Source: an uncultured Opitutales bacterium
GTDB lineage: Bacteria; Verrucomicrobiota; Verrucomicrobiia; Opitutales; CAJWYM01
Direction of reading: 5' to 3'
NCBI GenBank assembly: GCA_963924785.1
Contig: CAWUTK010000076.1
Span: 1-47,390, forward strand
Length of the DNA stretch: 47,390 nt
The first letter of the stretch is position 1. Every line of letters begins with the position of its first letter. Positions 27,244 through 36,814 of the stretch are shown here, in pieces. The position numbers were made by a program, and so were the translations under genes. The notes beneath the pieces are model-generated. The model ran no database searches and was not told where the DNA came from. It saw nothing but the letters and a program-made list of their open reading frames with translations.

Positions 27244-28179
27244 TTAAAGAAAGTACTGTTTTTGCTTATCAGAAATAGGTAGGCCAACTTTTTCCATCAC
27301 TTGCATAATGTCTTCCCAGCTTATTCTTTTAGTCCGATTTGTTCCGTTCCTTAATAGATAAGATGGGTGGTAAGAAACCATTAGGGGGGTGCCTTGGAAA
27401 TCGCTCCATTTTCCTCGAATGTCTTTTAGTTTACGGTTTGGCTCAACTCCTAATAGCCCATTCACCGCTGAGTTCCCTAATGCAACGATTACTTTGGGTT
27501 TAATTATTTCAACTTGTTTGATAAAGTAGGGCAGGCAAAACTTCATTTCTTCGGGCAGTGCCTGCTGGGTTCCATTTGCAGCGGGAGTCGTTGGGCGCCA
27601 ATTCATAACGTTTGCAAGGTAAACATCATTTCTATCCAGGCCTGCCGCCTTGATAATTTTACTTAAAAGTTGACCGGATGGTCCAGTGAAAGGTTCACCG
27701 CTAATTTCTTCTTCTTCTCCGGGGGCTTCTCCGCAAAATAAAATATCCGCATTTAAGCTGCCCGTTCCAAATACAATTTTTCCGTGAGGTGTTAGTCTGC
27801 TTTTACACACAGGGCAGTTTTCAACTTGTGATTTAAGGAAATTCCACTGAGTTGATTTATTGCCTTCTGGTAGATTAATGCTTGGCGGTTCTGGAAGAGA
27901 GGGAGACGTGTTTTCTTGAGGAGTTTGAACGGCAGTTTTGTATTTCTCTTTTTCAATAATGGGCGCTATTGATGGAGTTGGCTCTACCGCTGCCTTAGGG
28001 GCTTCGGTGCGCGCTGTTTCTTGAGCCACTTGAGATTTGGGTTTAGCAAATTTTTCTCGTAAGGCCTGCAGGCTTGAAAGGGTCTCAGTTGAGATGAATA
28101 AGGAGGAAACTCCAGATTGCTTCATCCACTTTAATTCTGAAACAATGTTTAAGAGCCCTGATTTTAGTGAAACTGGCAT
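27244..28179 (-). CDS. Family 4 uracil-DNA glycosylase with an N-terminal extension of about 120 aa
   Basis: CPVCKSR...VFGTGSLNADILFCGEAPGEEEEISGEPFTGPSGQLL...HPSYLLRN are family-4 (Fe-S) UDG motifs. The first ~120 residues are Pro/Glu/Ala/Thr-rich low complexity. Confidence 0.85.
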   Translation of the reverse strand: MPVSLKSGLLNIVSELKWMKQSGVSSLFISTETLSSLQALREKFAKPKSQVAQETARTEAPKAAVEPTPSIAPIIEKEKYKTAVQTPQENTSPSLPEPPSINLPEGNKSTQWNFLKSQVENCPVCKSRLTPHGKIVFGTGSLNADILFCGEAPGEEEEISGEPFTGPSGQLLSKIIKAAGLDRNDVYLANVMNWRPTTPAANGTQQALPEEMKFCLPYFIKQVEIIKPKVIVALGNSAVNGLLGVEPNRKLKDIRGKWSDFQGTPLMVSYHPSYLLRNGTNRTKRISWEDIMQVMEKVGLPISDKQKQYFL

Positions 28180-28256
28180 TTTGGATAAAGGGCCGTAAGT
28201 TGAAAGAGAGGTGCTTATGATTTAATGAGTTTTAAGTAGCTGTTCCATCAATACAA

Positions 28257-29111
28257 TTACTTTTCAGTCGATATTCCCATTTCATGCTTTAATTCTACAA
28301 ACGCATGGTGAGAATTTTCGACTAATGATTTAACCGTATCTACATTAAAATTAAATGGCGTGAGAAATGGTGAATCTTCCGGTATGTTTAGTTCTCTTTT
28401 AGAAAAATCATCGCCTGTTTGAGCAATTAATTCCGTTGAAAATTGTAATGCAGCAAGCATCGGTGATGTTTTTTTAGTCGTTTCAGCAGAATTTTGGTTG
28501 AGTATTGTCCCACATGTATTGTTCGGAAAGTTCCATCGTTTGAGAAGAACAGATCCCGCATATGTGTAATTAAAGCCAACTGTTTCAATTTCCCATTCTT
28601 CAATGGGCATTACATTATCCCAGAAAACACCGAAACCAAATTCGTTTATAAGCTGGTTTATTAGCACTCTTCCAATTGCATGCAATATGCCAATAGTATA
28701 GGCATCATTAGGATCTTCGCCTATGAGTTCTGCTACCTTTTCCATTAAAATGGCAGTGGCAGCGCTTTTTCCCCAATATTCTTCAGATGTGATTCCGTAG
28801 CAATCTAAGTCTCTGGATAGTATGCTTTTAGAGATGCTTTTGTTTAGGATTCGAATAACTTCATAGAACCCAACTCTATTTATAGCACTTGCAAGATTGG
28901 TACATTCCGTAGCAAAACCATAATAGGCACTGTTGCTGACTTTGATGATCTCTGCAGTGAGAGAACTGTCCGTTCTGAGCAGTGCGACAAGGTTTGACAC
29001 TTCCAGGTTGGGATCTTTCATTATCTGTATGGACTTGGCCATTACAGCTGGAGTTGGATAGAGTTCATCTATCTTTAACAGGGCTTTTTGAAAGTCTTCT
29101 TTGAGTGACAT
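28257..29111 (-). CDS. HDOD domain-containing signalling protein
   Basis: LYPTPAVMAKSIQIMKDPNLEVSNLVALLRTDSSLTAEIIKVSNSAYYG and GILHAIGRVLI are typical of HDOD (an HD-related output domain). Confidence 0.8.
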   Translation of the reverse strand: MSLKEDFQKALLKIDELYPTPAVMAKSIQIMKDPNLEVSNLVALLRTDSSLTAEIIKVSNSAYYGFATECTNLASAINRVGFYEVIRILNKSISKSILSRDLDCYGITSEEYWGKSAATAILMEKVAELIGEDPNDAYTIGILHAIGRVLINQLINEFGFGVFWDNVMPIEEWEIETVGFNYTYAGSVLLKRWNFPNNTCGTILNQNSAETTKKTSPMLAALQFSTELIAQTGDDFSKRELNIPEDSPFLTPFNFNVDTVKSLVENSHHAFVELKHEMGISTEK

Positions 29112-29181
29112 TAGATGGATATGTTAAATTTTTAAAATAAATTCTTGTAAAAGTGGAAATAATTAACATCTTCGTTTTGCT

Positions 29182-29412
29182 ATGTCAAAGATTTGTTCAG
29201 TTACAGGAAAACGTCCTACGGTTGGTGGAAGCATCATTCGTAAAGGTCAGTCTAAGAAAAGTGGTGGTATCGGTACTCACGTGGTAAAACACAATAAGCG
29301 AGTATTTAAACCAAATCTTCAACGCATTCGTGTGAAATTGCCATCAGGTGAAATTAAACGCGTGTGGGTTTCCGTTAAGGCGATAAAAGCCGGCTTAGTC
29401 GAAAAAGTCTAG
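29182..29412 (+). CDS. rpmB: 50S ribosomal protein L28
   Basis: MSKICSVTGKRPTVGGSI...KRVFKPNLQRIRV...GEIKRVWVSVKAIKAG is the L28 consensus. 76 aa. Confidence 0.93.
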   Translation: MSKICSVTGKRPTVGGSIIRKGQSKKSGGIGTHVVKHNKRVFKPNLQRIRVKLPSGEIKRVWVSVKAIKAGLVEKV

Positions 29413-29432
29413 TTCTGGTGGAGTGACTGCGA

Positions 29433-29870
29433 ATGAGTCGTCATAAAATCGCTATCATTAATGGTCCCAATTTGGATCGTTTAGGTAAAAGAGAACCGGA
29501 TGTTTATGGAACTCAAACGCTTGACGAATTAATTTCGTCTTTGACTGATCTAGCGAGTGAGCTAGGTGTAGATGTCGAAGCATTTCAATCAAATCACGAA
29601 GGTGATATTATTGATAAAATCTCCAGTTTTGCAGATGCTGGAGTTACAGGTTTAATTATTAATCCAGGTGGGTTGACTCATACTAGCGTAGCTCTGAGAG
29701 ATTCGATTGCTGGTTCTGGGTTAAAGACAATAGAAGTTCATATCTCGAATATTTATTGTAGAGAGGAATATCGTCAGCATTCAATTACCGCAGATGCTTG
29801 TGTTGGTGTGATTTCAGGACTCGGTTTCGAAGGGTATTCGTCAGCACTTAGGTATTTGTCTAAAGCGTAA
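29433..29870 (+). CDS. aroQ: Type II 3-dehydroquinate dehydratase
   Basis: [57 protein letters not shown]. 145 aa. Confidence 0.93.
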   Translation: MSRHKIAIINGPNLDRLGKREPDVYGTQTLDELISSLTDLASELGVDVEAFQSNHEGDIIDKISSFADAGVTGLIINPGGLTHTSVALRDSIAGSGLKTIEVHISNIYCREEYRQHSITADACVGVISGLGFEGYSSALRYLSKA

Positions 29871-29906
29871 ATTTACGTTTTAGAATTTTTAGCAGACTGT
29901 TAGATT

Positions 29907-30254
29907 ATGGAGGCGGTATTGGTTGATACATTAAAGCAGTTATTAATGAATCTTGCAGATTGGATGGACCCGCTGATCCCAAATATCTCAATGGCGTTTG
30001 TTGCAACGATATTGGTGATTTATGGAAATGATATTAATTTGGTTGTGAAAAAAAGTATGTCACACCTACATTTTATGATTCGCTTTGCCGCTTATATTTT
30101 TATTTGTGCATTTGGATATGGAGCTCTCACGGTTGTTTCGATGCAGGTTCTGACCAATGTTTTGAATAGCGTCCCTAAATATACGGTACCGTTTGTTGTG
30201 GGCGGACTTTTTATTCTTGTTGGTTTTACCGCAGTAAGAAAAAAACAGGTATAA
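29907..30254 (+). CDS. Hypothetical integral membrane protein (about 3-4 TM segments)
   Basis: ORF with several hydrophobic stretches (ISMAFVATILVIYG, FAAYIFICAFGYGALTVVSM, VPFVVGGLFILVGF). No family recognised. Confidence 0.5.
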   Translation: MEAVLVDTLKQLLMNLADWMDPLIPNISMAFVATILVIYGNDINLVVKKSMSHLHFMIRFAAYIFICAFGYGALTVVSMQVLTNVLNSVPKYTVPFVVGGLFILVGFTAVRKKQV

Positions 30255-30413
30255 AACTGGGAAGTAATGTCCCACCTTTGGGCGCTTGGGCAGATTTTGA
30301 CTAATATTAACAGGGAGGAATATTAAGATTTTTCCTTTTCTTGTTCATTATTATAGGTTTGCGATATTTTTATCGGATTGAATTATTGGAATGATTATTG
30401 CAATATGTGAATT

Positions 30414-33035
30414 ATGATGAACCTCGACCCTAATAAATTCACTGAAATGGCAATGGACGCTATTCAAGAAGTCCAAAATATGATGCAGAGACATGGGCAT
30501 CAAGAGGGAGATACGTGGCATCTATTGGCGGCAGTTGTTCGACAAGAAAATGGGATTGTCCCAGTTCTATTAGAGGAAATGGGGATTACGCTGAGTGCCG
30601 TACAACTGAATTTAGAACGAGAGCTGGATAAGCTCCCAAAAGTGAGTGGTAGTGCAGATACTTCACGGGTTTATGTTAGTCAGGCATTAAATGAATCGCT
30701 TCGTTTAGCGGATGAATCCTCCAAGAAGTTAAAAGATGAATATGTCAGTACGGAGCATTTGTTTTTAGGGATCGTCGAATTATCAAAACCGGCGACTTTA
30801 AAGAAATTTTTGGATGCGTTTAACATTACTAAAGATAATGCATATGATGCGTTGAAAAAAGTTCGCGGGAGCCAACGAGTAACGTCTAGGACTCCAGAGG
30901 CAACTTTTCAGGCCTTAGAAAAATACGGGATTGATTTAGTGAAAGATGCAAGATCTGGAAAATTAGACCCTGTTATAGGCCGCGATGCAGAGATTCGTCG
31001 TGTTATTAGAATTTTGTCACGTAAGACAAAAAATAACCCTGTTTTAATTGGAGAACCTGGTGTAGGCAAAACAGCAATAGTTGAAGGTTTAGCTCAACGG
31101 ATTGTCAGAGGTGATGTTCCTGAAGGCCTGAAAGACAAAATTATTTTTTCTTTAGATATGGGGTCATTGGTTGCGGGCGCGAAATTTAGAGGTGAATTTG
31201 AAGAACGCTTGAAGGCCGTATTGCAAGAGGTCAAAAGTAGTGAAGGCCGAATTCTATTATTTATTGATGAGTTGCATACCATTGTTGGAGCCGGAAAAGC
31301 GGAAGGCTCGATTGATGCCGGAAACATGTTGAAGCCTCTTTTGGCTCGGGGCGAATTGCATTGTATTGGAGCAACGACATTAAATGAATATCGTCAAAAT
31401 ATTGAAAAAGACACAGCATTAGAAAGACGCTTTCAAACAGTACTGGTTGATCAACCAAATGTGGAAGATACTATATCTATTTTGCGTGGCCTTAAGGAAA
31501 GGTTTGAGATTCACCATGGAGTTAACATTCAAGATAATGCTATTGTTAATGCGGCGGTTCTTTCGAACAGGTATATTGCGGATAGATTTTTACCAGATAA
31601 AGCGATTGATTTAATAGATGAAGCCTGTGCGATGATTCGGACGGAGCTTGATAGTATGCCGGCAGAATTGGATGAGTTAAGCCGGCGTATACTACAACTT
31701 GAAATTGAAGAAGCTTCTTTGGATCAAGAAACAGATTCTGCTAGTCGTGATCGATTAGAGACATTGAAAAAAGAATTGGCTAATAATCGAGAAAAGATGA
31801 AAGGAATTCAATCACGATGGGAATTGGAGAAAAATTCTTTAGATCGAGTTAGGAAAGTTCGCGAAGAGCTCGAGGCATCCCGCCTTGAAATGGAACGTGC
31901 TGAGCGAAGTTATGATTTAAAAAAACTAGCGGAATTAAAACACGGGACTATACCTATCTTAGAAAAAGAGTTACTTGATTTGGAAAATGAGGAATCTGGA
32001 AAAGAAAAAACATTTTTAAAAGAACAAGTTACCGCCGACGAAATAGCTGAAGTTGTAGCACTTTGGACAGGCATTCCTATGATGAATTTACTGGAAGGTG
32101 AAAAAGATAAACTACTTCGGCTTGAGTCTATATTACATGAACGTGTTATTGGTCAGGATGAAGCAGTTGTTTTAACTTCCGATGCTATTTTAAGAGCGCG
32201 TGCAGGGATTAAAGATTTAAATAAGCCGATAGGAAATTTTTTGTTTTTGGGACCCACTGGTGTCGGTAAGACAGAGCTTGCAAAAGCCTTGTCTGAAGCC
32301 TTGTTTGATTCCGAAGAAAGCTTGGTCCGCTTGGATATGTCTGAATATATGGAGAAGCATTCGGTTTCAAGAATGGTTGGAGCTCCTCCGGGTTATGTCG
32401 GATATGAAGAAGGAGGGCAGTTGACTGAATTGATTCGAAGGAAACCTTATTCGGTTATTTTATTTGATGAAATTGAGAAGGCGCATCCGGATGTATTTAA
32501 TATTCTCCTTCAGATAATGGACGATGGACGAATCACTGATTCACAGGGTCGAACAGTTGATTTCAAAAACACAATTTTGATAATGACATCAAACATTGGT
32601 AGTCGTTTTATTCAAGAGGGTGTTGTTGACGGTGCGATTACAGAAAATACACGAGAAGCCGTAATGGCAGAATTGAGAAGTAGTTTTAGGCCTGAATTTT
32701 TGAACCGTCTTGATGATACGATCTTATTTAAACCGTTAAGCTTGAGCGAAATTACTATAATTGTGGGACTGTTAGTCAAAGAGTTAAATCAGCGACTTAG
32801 TGACCGCAGAATAACTGTGGGTTTTGATGCTGATGCCTGTAATTGGATTGCAGAAAAAGGTTATGATCCCGTTTATGGCGCTCGACCTTTAAAGCGATTT
32901 TTACAGAAACAAGTAGAGACTCGTATGGCGAAGAGTATTATTTCTGGTGATGTAAAAGAGGGGGATAACGTTACTTTTACCCTTAAAAAAGGAGAATTAG
33001 AGCAAAAAATAACCTCTATTGATACTGGAAAATAG
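30414..33035 (+). CDS. clpB: ATP-dependent chaperone / disaggregase ClpB
   Basis: Clp N-domain, two AAA+ modules ([28 protein letters not shown]; [29 protein letters not shown]) separated by a long coiled-coil M-domain, and GARPLKR. 873 aa. Confidence 0.96.
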   Translation: MMNLDPNKFTEMAMDAIQEVQNMMQRHGHQEGDTWHLLAAVVRQENGIVPVLLEEMGITLSAVQLNLERELDKLPKVSGSADTSRVYVSQALNESLRLADESSKKLKDEYVSTEHLFLGIVELSKPATLKKFLDAFNITKDNAYDALKKVRGSQRVTSRTPEATFQALEKYGIDLVKDARSGKLDPVIGRDAEIRRVIRILSRKTKNNPVLIGEPGVGKTAIVEGLAQRIVRGDVPEGLKDKIIFSLDMGSLVAGAKFRGEFEERLKAVLQEVKSSEGRILLFIDELHTIVGAGKAEGSIDAGNMLKPLLARGELHCIGATTLNEYRQNIEKDTALERRFQTVLVDQPNVEDTISILRGLKERFEIHHGVNIQDNAIVNAAVLSNRYIADRFLPDKAIDLIDEACAMIRTELDSMPAELDELSRRILQLEIEEASLDQETDSASRDRLETLKKELANNREKMKGIQSRWELEKNSLDRVRKVREELEASRLEMERAERSYDLKKLAELKHGTIPILEKELLDLENEESGKEKTFLKEQVTADEIAEVVALWTGIPMMNLLEGEKDKLLRLESILHERVIGQDEAVVLTSDAILRARAGIKDLNKPIGNFLFLGPTGVGKTELAKALSEALFDSEESLVRLDMSEYMEKHSVSRMVGAPPGYVGYEEGGQLTELIRRKPYSVILFDEIEKAHPDVFNILLQIMDDGRITDSQGRTVDFKNTILIMTSNIGSRFIQEGVVDGAITENTREAVMAELRSSFRPEFLNRLDDTILFKPLSLSEITIIVGLLVKELNQRLSDRRITVGFDADACNWIAEKGYDPVYGARPLKRFLQKQVETRMAKSIISGDVKEGDNVTFTLKKGELEQKITSIDTGK

Positions 33036-33061
33036 AGAGTTCGACTAATCGAAACGTGAAT

Positions 33062-33196
33062 TTATTTAGATAAAAACGCTATTTTATCCACTACTTTATG
33101 CTGCAAACCATTGAATGTAGGAGACGTAAATAGCGCCCCTACAACAAGTAATAATACGAGTATTATGGTTTCTAGTGAATGGATTTCAAGTTTCAT
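33062..33196 (-). CDS. Possible small membrane protein (44 aa), below the ORF-track size cut-off
   Basis: Manual translation gives MKLEIHSLETIILVLLLVVGALFTSPTFNGLQHKVVDKIAFLSK, with a single hydrophobic helix. It occupies an otherwise empty 257-bp gap. No homology evidence. Confidence 0.2.
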   Translation of the reverse strand: MKLEIHSLETIILVLLLVVGALFTSPTFNGLQHKVVDKIAFLSK

Positions 33197-33237
33197 AGCT
33201 TTTGCTCAGACGTATAAAGTAACGTTTATTCGCATTT

Positions 33238-33260
33238 AAAACAATAGGGTAAAAACCCTA
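33238..33260 (-). terminator. Candidate rho-independent terminator downstream of pheA
   Basis: Perfect hairpin tagggt-aaaa-acccta (33245..33260). On the minus strand it is followed by TTGTTTTA. Located about 33 nt after the pheA stop. Confidence 0.45.
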
Positions 33261-33292
33261 ATTTATGAAAGATAGGGAGGGATTTTTTTAAA

Positions 33293-34363
33293 TCAGCTAT
33301 TTTCAGTGTTAGGATAACTACCTAACCATTTAACAAAAGAGCAATTAGCTTTTAATTCCGTTAAAGCTTCTTGGACATTTAGATCGTCATAGTGACCACA
33401 GAAATCGATAAAAAAGTAATAATCCCAGGCTTTCTTCTTACTCGGTCTAGATTCAATCTTGCAAAGATTAATGTTTCTCGAGCTCAAAGGCTTAAGTGCA
33501 TCTTGAAGGGCACCGATCTTATCATTGATTGAAACAACGATACTCGTCTTATCTTTGTCATCTCCTACTGGAGGAGATGATTTTTTTCCAATGATTAAAA
33601 ATCGAGTGGTGTTGTCTAGATTATCTTGAATGTTTTCTCTAATAACGGGGACGTCATATAATTTAGCAGCCAAACTCGAAGCTATAGCGGCACAAGAGGG
33701 ATCTTTTTTTGCGATAGTGACGGCTTTTGCCGTACTTTCACAATTGGTTAAGGTCGCATGTGATAAATTTTTGTGGAGCCAATTTCGACATTGGCCGATT
33801 GCTTGATCTTTTGAATGAACCGTTTCTATCTCATTTGTAGAACCACTTGAGATAAGGCAGTGGTTAATTTTTAGATAAACTTGGGCGACAATTTTTATAT
33901 CTGATTCAACAAGCATATCTAATGAATGAAAAACAGCACCTTCATTAGAGTTTTCAACAGGAATGACCCCATAGTCTGCATCATCTTTTTCAACGGCATG
34001 GAAGACGTCTTTGATAGTGGAACTAGGAACATATTTGAGGCTAGATCCAAAGTTTTTGATGGCTGCTTGATGAGTGTAGGTCGCCTCGGGTCCTAGGTAG
34101 GCAATTTTGAGTTCTTTCTCGAGTGAAATAGACGCAGAGATAATTTCTCTATAAATACTTTTAATTGCTTTATTGTTTAAAGGCCCTTGGTTGAGATTTG
34201 AAAGTTTTTGAAAAACTTTCTCTTCCCTACTAGGCACGTACATTGGAGCCGAATCTTTGGCTTTTATTTTACCAATTTCATTGGCCACTGATGCCCGTTT
34301 ATTAATGAGTGTTACAATCTCATTATCAAGGCTATCAATTTGATCTCTTAGTGGTTGAAGCAT
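33293..34363 (-). CDS. pheA: Bifunctional chorismate mutase / prephenate dehydratase (P-protein)
   Basis: N-terminal CM_2 helix (LRDQIDSLDNEIVTLINKRASVANEIGKIK), PDT domain (IAYLGPEATYTHQAA, GVIPVENSNEGAV, TRFLIIG) and a C-terminal ACT domain (IESRPSKKKAWDYYFFIDF). Confidence 0.9.
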   Translation of the reverse strand: MLQPLRDQIDSLDNEIVTLINKRASVANEIGKIKAKDSAPMYVPSREEKVFQKLSNLNQGPLNNKAIKSIYREIISASISLEKELKIAYLGPEATYTHQAAIKNFGSSLKYVPSSTIKDVFHAVEKDDADYGVIPVENSNEGAVFHSLDMLVESDIKIVAQVYLKINHCLISSGSTNEIETVHSKDQAIGQCRNWLHKNLSHATLTNCESTAKAVTIAKKDPSCAAIASSLAAKLYDVPVIRENIQDNLDNTTRFLIIGKKSSPPVGDDKDKTSIVVSINDKIGALQDALKPLSSRNINLCKIESRPSKKKAWDYYFFIDFCGHYDDLNVQEALTELKANCSFVKWLGSYPNTENS

Positions 34364-34486
34364 ATTAGAGCAATAAAGTTAGAGAATATCGTAGGGGAAT
34401 GCAAGTGAACTGTTAATCAACAGTTGAAGGGATCGATCAAAGGCAAAGGATGGTTTTAGAAATTCAAAAGCCCTTTAGATAGCAAA

Positions 34487-34897
34487 TTAATTACAACTTT
34501 CAACAAATTCTTTTATTTTGTTCCAAAGGTTCGAAAGGCCATTTCTTCTGTTAGGAGTAAGGTGTTGCGTGATTCCGACTTCACCTAGAAACGATGGATC
34601 AATTTCAATGATTTCATTTGGCTTGTGACCGCTGTATAAATCACAAAGTAGTGATGCGACTCCTTTTGTGATGGATGAATCTGCATCTGATTTAAAATAG
34701 CAAAGACCTTCTTTGAACTCTGGGACGAGCCATAGGTTTGAAATACAACCTTCTATTTTGAATGAATCAATTTTCAAATCATCGCTTAGAGCTGATTCGT
34801 TTTTAGCTCGATCAATTACATATGCTAAGCGCTCATGAGCATCTTCAATAATTGCAAGATCCTCGGTCAGCGATTGTTTTTTTTCTAAAAGTGTCAT
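34487..34897 (-). CDS. sufE: SufE-family sulfur acceptor protein
   Basis: 136 aa with KIEGCISNLWLV (the conserved persulfide-accepting Cys in a CxSxxW context) and LTPNRRNGL. Confidence 0.85.
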   Translation of the reverse strand: MTLLEKKQSLTEDLAIIEDAHERLAYVIDRAKNESALSDDLKIDSFKIEGCISNLWLVPEFKEGLCYFKSDADSSITKGVASLLCDLYSGHKPNEIIEIDPSFLGEVGITQHLTPNRRNGLSNLWNKIKEFVESCN

Positions 34898-34900
34898 GGT

Positions 34901-35434
34901 TTAAAAGTTTTTCCACATCATGGATTCTACAGGGTAGGGTGTTCTTTCATTATATTTAGCAGATTTTTTGTCTTTGTAGGATGTTAAAACATCTCCTTTA
35001 ACAACAAAGTAGATAAGTTGCCCAATAGGCATACCGGCATAAACGCGAACTTTTTGGTGAACAGATATTTCAAGGGTCCAGTAATTACAAAAGCCAACAT
35101 CGCCTTTACCGGCAGTCGCATGTATGTCTATGCCCAGTCTTCCAATGCTCGATTTCCCTTCTAGGAATGGGACTGTATCGTGCGTTTCAGTGTACTCTTC
35201 GGTAATACCCAAGTAGGTCTTTCCCGGTTCTAATACAAAGCCTTCTTCGGGAATTTCAAATCGAGTAACTTGATTATGTTTTTTTGCGTCTAAAATAGGG
35301 TCAATGTAGGTGGCCAATTTTTCACCTAGATGAACATCGTAACTATTGCTACCTAAACCGGCCTCATCGAAGGGTTCGATGACGATGGTCCCCTTTTCGA
35401 TGGAGTCGAGTATTTCCTTATCTGTGAGTATCAT
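34901..35434 (-). CDS. dcd: dCTP deaminase
   Basis: MILTDKEILDSIEKGTIVIEPF...SNSYDVHLG...EGKSSIGRLGI...VGFCNYWTLEI matches the dCTP deaminase/dUTPase-fold family. 177 aa. Confidence 0.9.
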   Translation of the reverse strand: MILTDKEILDSIEKGTIVIEPFDEAGLGSNSYDVHLGEKLATYIDPILDAKKHNQVTRFEIPEEGFVLEPGKTYLGITEEYTETHDTVPFLEGKSSIGRLGIDIHATAGKGDVGFCNYWTLEISVHQKVRVYAGMPIGQLIYFVVKGDVLTSYKDKKSAKYNERTPYPVESMMWKNF

Positions 35435-35550
35435 ATCAAAAATTGTTCAATATTTTTAATATGTGTTGAGATGTTGAAGGGGCAAGATAAAACGACCCGT
35501 TTTAGACTAAGGTTAAGGATCATTCGTGTAATCGATTCTAATAATCGCGA

Positions 35551-36792
35551 TTACTTATCCCAGAGATAGATTTTCTTTAAATGCTTCAGCGGCTTGAGAT
35601 AAATGAGACCATTCTTCGTCACTTTTGTATGGTTGAGATTTAGGTATTCGATTTTTTTCAATTCTAGGAGTTCAGAGAGGTCATCGTTAACCAAGTTAGT
35701 TTCGGATAAATGCAAACGCACTAGATTTTTAAAATTTTTAAACAATTTAACTTGTTCAGCACTAAGCTGCTTTCTGCTTAAGTCTAACCAAACGATTTTG
35801 TCTGCAAGGGGTAGTAGTTGTTCGAGTATTGGTTCGAATTTGTTTTGTGGGACATATTTTAAATTAATCATTAACCCTCCAATATCCCATTTGGTCGCTT
35901 CAACTATTCCATTTGCTTTACGAATGAAAGAAAGTTTATCGATGTCTTGCTTTGTAATATTATAAAGTTTATCCACTGCAACGACTGTTTTCTTAGGACT
36001 GGATGCTATCGTCTCATCCGCCCATTTTGCGCCGTCATTTATCCACTTTATAATTAAATCGATCTGAGCTTTTGTGAGTGCCTTTTTCTCTTTGGGTGGC
36101 ATCGCTTTCTTTTCGGGTCGATCTTTTAATAGGCGTTTGACCAGTTCACTGTCAGCAGCGTTTCCCGGAATGATGGCAACTCTTCCGCTGTCACCTCCTT
36201 GAATCGCTATTGTTTTATTATCAATGCGGTAGTCGCCCTTTTGTTTACTAGGACCATGGCACTTTAGACAGTTAGCTTTAAAGATCGGTTTGATTTTTGA
36301 TTGGTAAACAGATGGGGGTAAATTCGATTTGCCAATGATAGTTGGGGAGGTTGTGAATTGATTCGCCTCCTCTATTTCTTCATCTGGAAATAGGAAGGAT
36401 TCACCGTGAGTTAATGTTCCTCCAAGGTGACCGACTATGAAAGTTAGTAGAAAGGACAAGGCAAGTGCTGTTCGATATGCATTAAGCCAAACATTGGTTT
36501 TTTTATTCATGAAAACAAAATGCAAAATACTCGTTACCCAGGAGATGACTGCTAATGCGATACCTGTGTATTGGTGGTTTTCTAATAGATTATCATCATA
36601 TCCGCCTGTATTGCCCAGTAAGACACCAGTAAGTGCAGCGAGCACGGTTGAGATGTTCCATGTCCACAGGAGATTGCCTAAAAGCTTCTCTCGATTGATC
36701 GTTCGATTTTTACTAATTAACAGCTCGATGATGACATTGGCAAAAATCAGGCCAATGGGGAGGTGTAGTAAAAGTAAGTGGAATCGTCCCAT
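35551..36792 (-). CDS. Membrane-anchored c-type cytochrome domain protein (DUF2231-like TM module + Planctomycete cytochrome C PSCyt1 + leucine-rich repeats)
   Basis: N-terminal 4-5 TM region with HLPIGL and GHLGGTLTHGE. Heme-binding CLKCHGPSKQKGDYRID (CxxCH in the PSCyt1 context). The C-terminus has LRR-like LxLxxTxL repeats (LVRLHLSETNLVNDDLSEL, IEYLNLNHTKVTKNGL). Confidence 0.75.
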   Translation of the reverse strand: MGRFHLLLLHLPIGLIFANVIIELLISKNRTINREKLLGNLLWTWNISTVLAALTGVLLGNTGGYDDNLLENHQYTGIALAVISWVTSILHFVFMNKKTNVWLNAYRTALALSFLLTFIVGHLGGTLTHGESFLFPDEEIEEANQFTTSPTIIGKSNLPPSVYQSKIKPIFKANCLKCHGPSKQKGDYRIDNKTIAIQGGDSGRVAIIPGNAADSELVKRLLKDRPEKKAMPPKEKKALTKAQIDLIIKWINDGAKWADETIASSPKKTVVAVDKLYNITKQDIDKLSFIRKANGIVEATKWDIGGLMINLKYVPQNKFEPILEQLLPLADKIVWLDLSRKQLSAEQVKLFKNFKNLVRLHLSETNLVNDDLSELLELKKIEYLNLNHTKVTKNGLIYLKPLKHLKKIYLWDK

Positions 36793-36814
36793 TACTGTTT
36801 CGCAGTAATTATGA

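Noticed and set aside
35603-36808. Plus-strand ORFs 35603..35965 and 36437..36808
   Set aside because: They are antisense to the cytochrome-c/LRR membrane protein gene, which has clear domain motifs.
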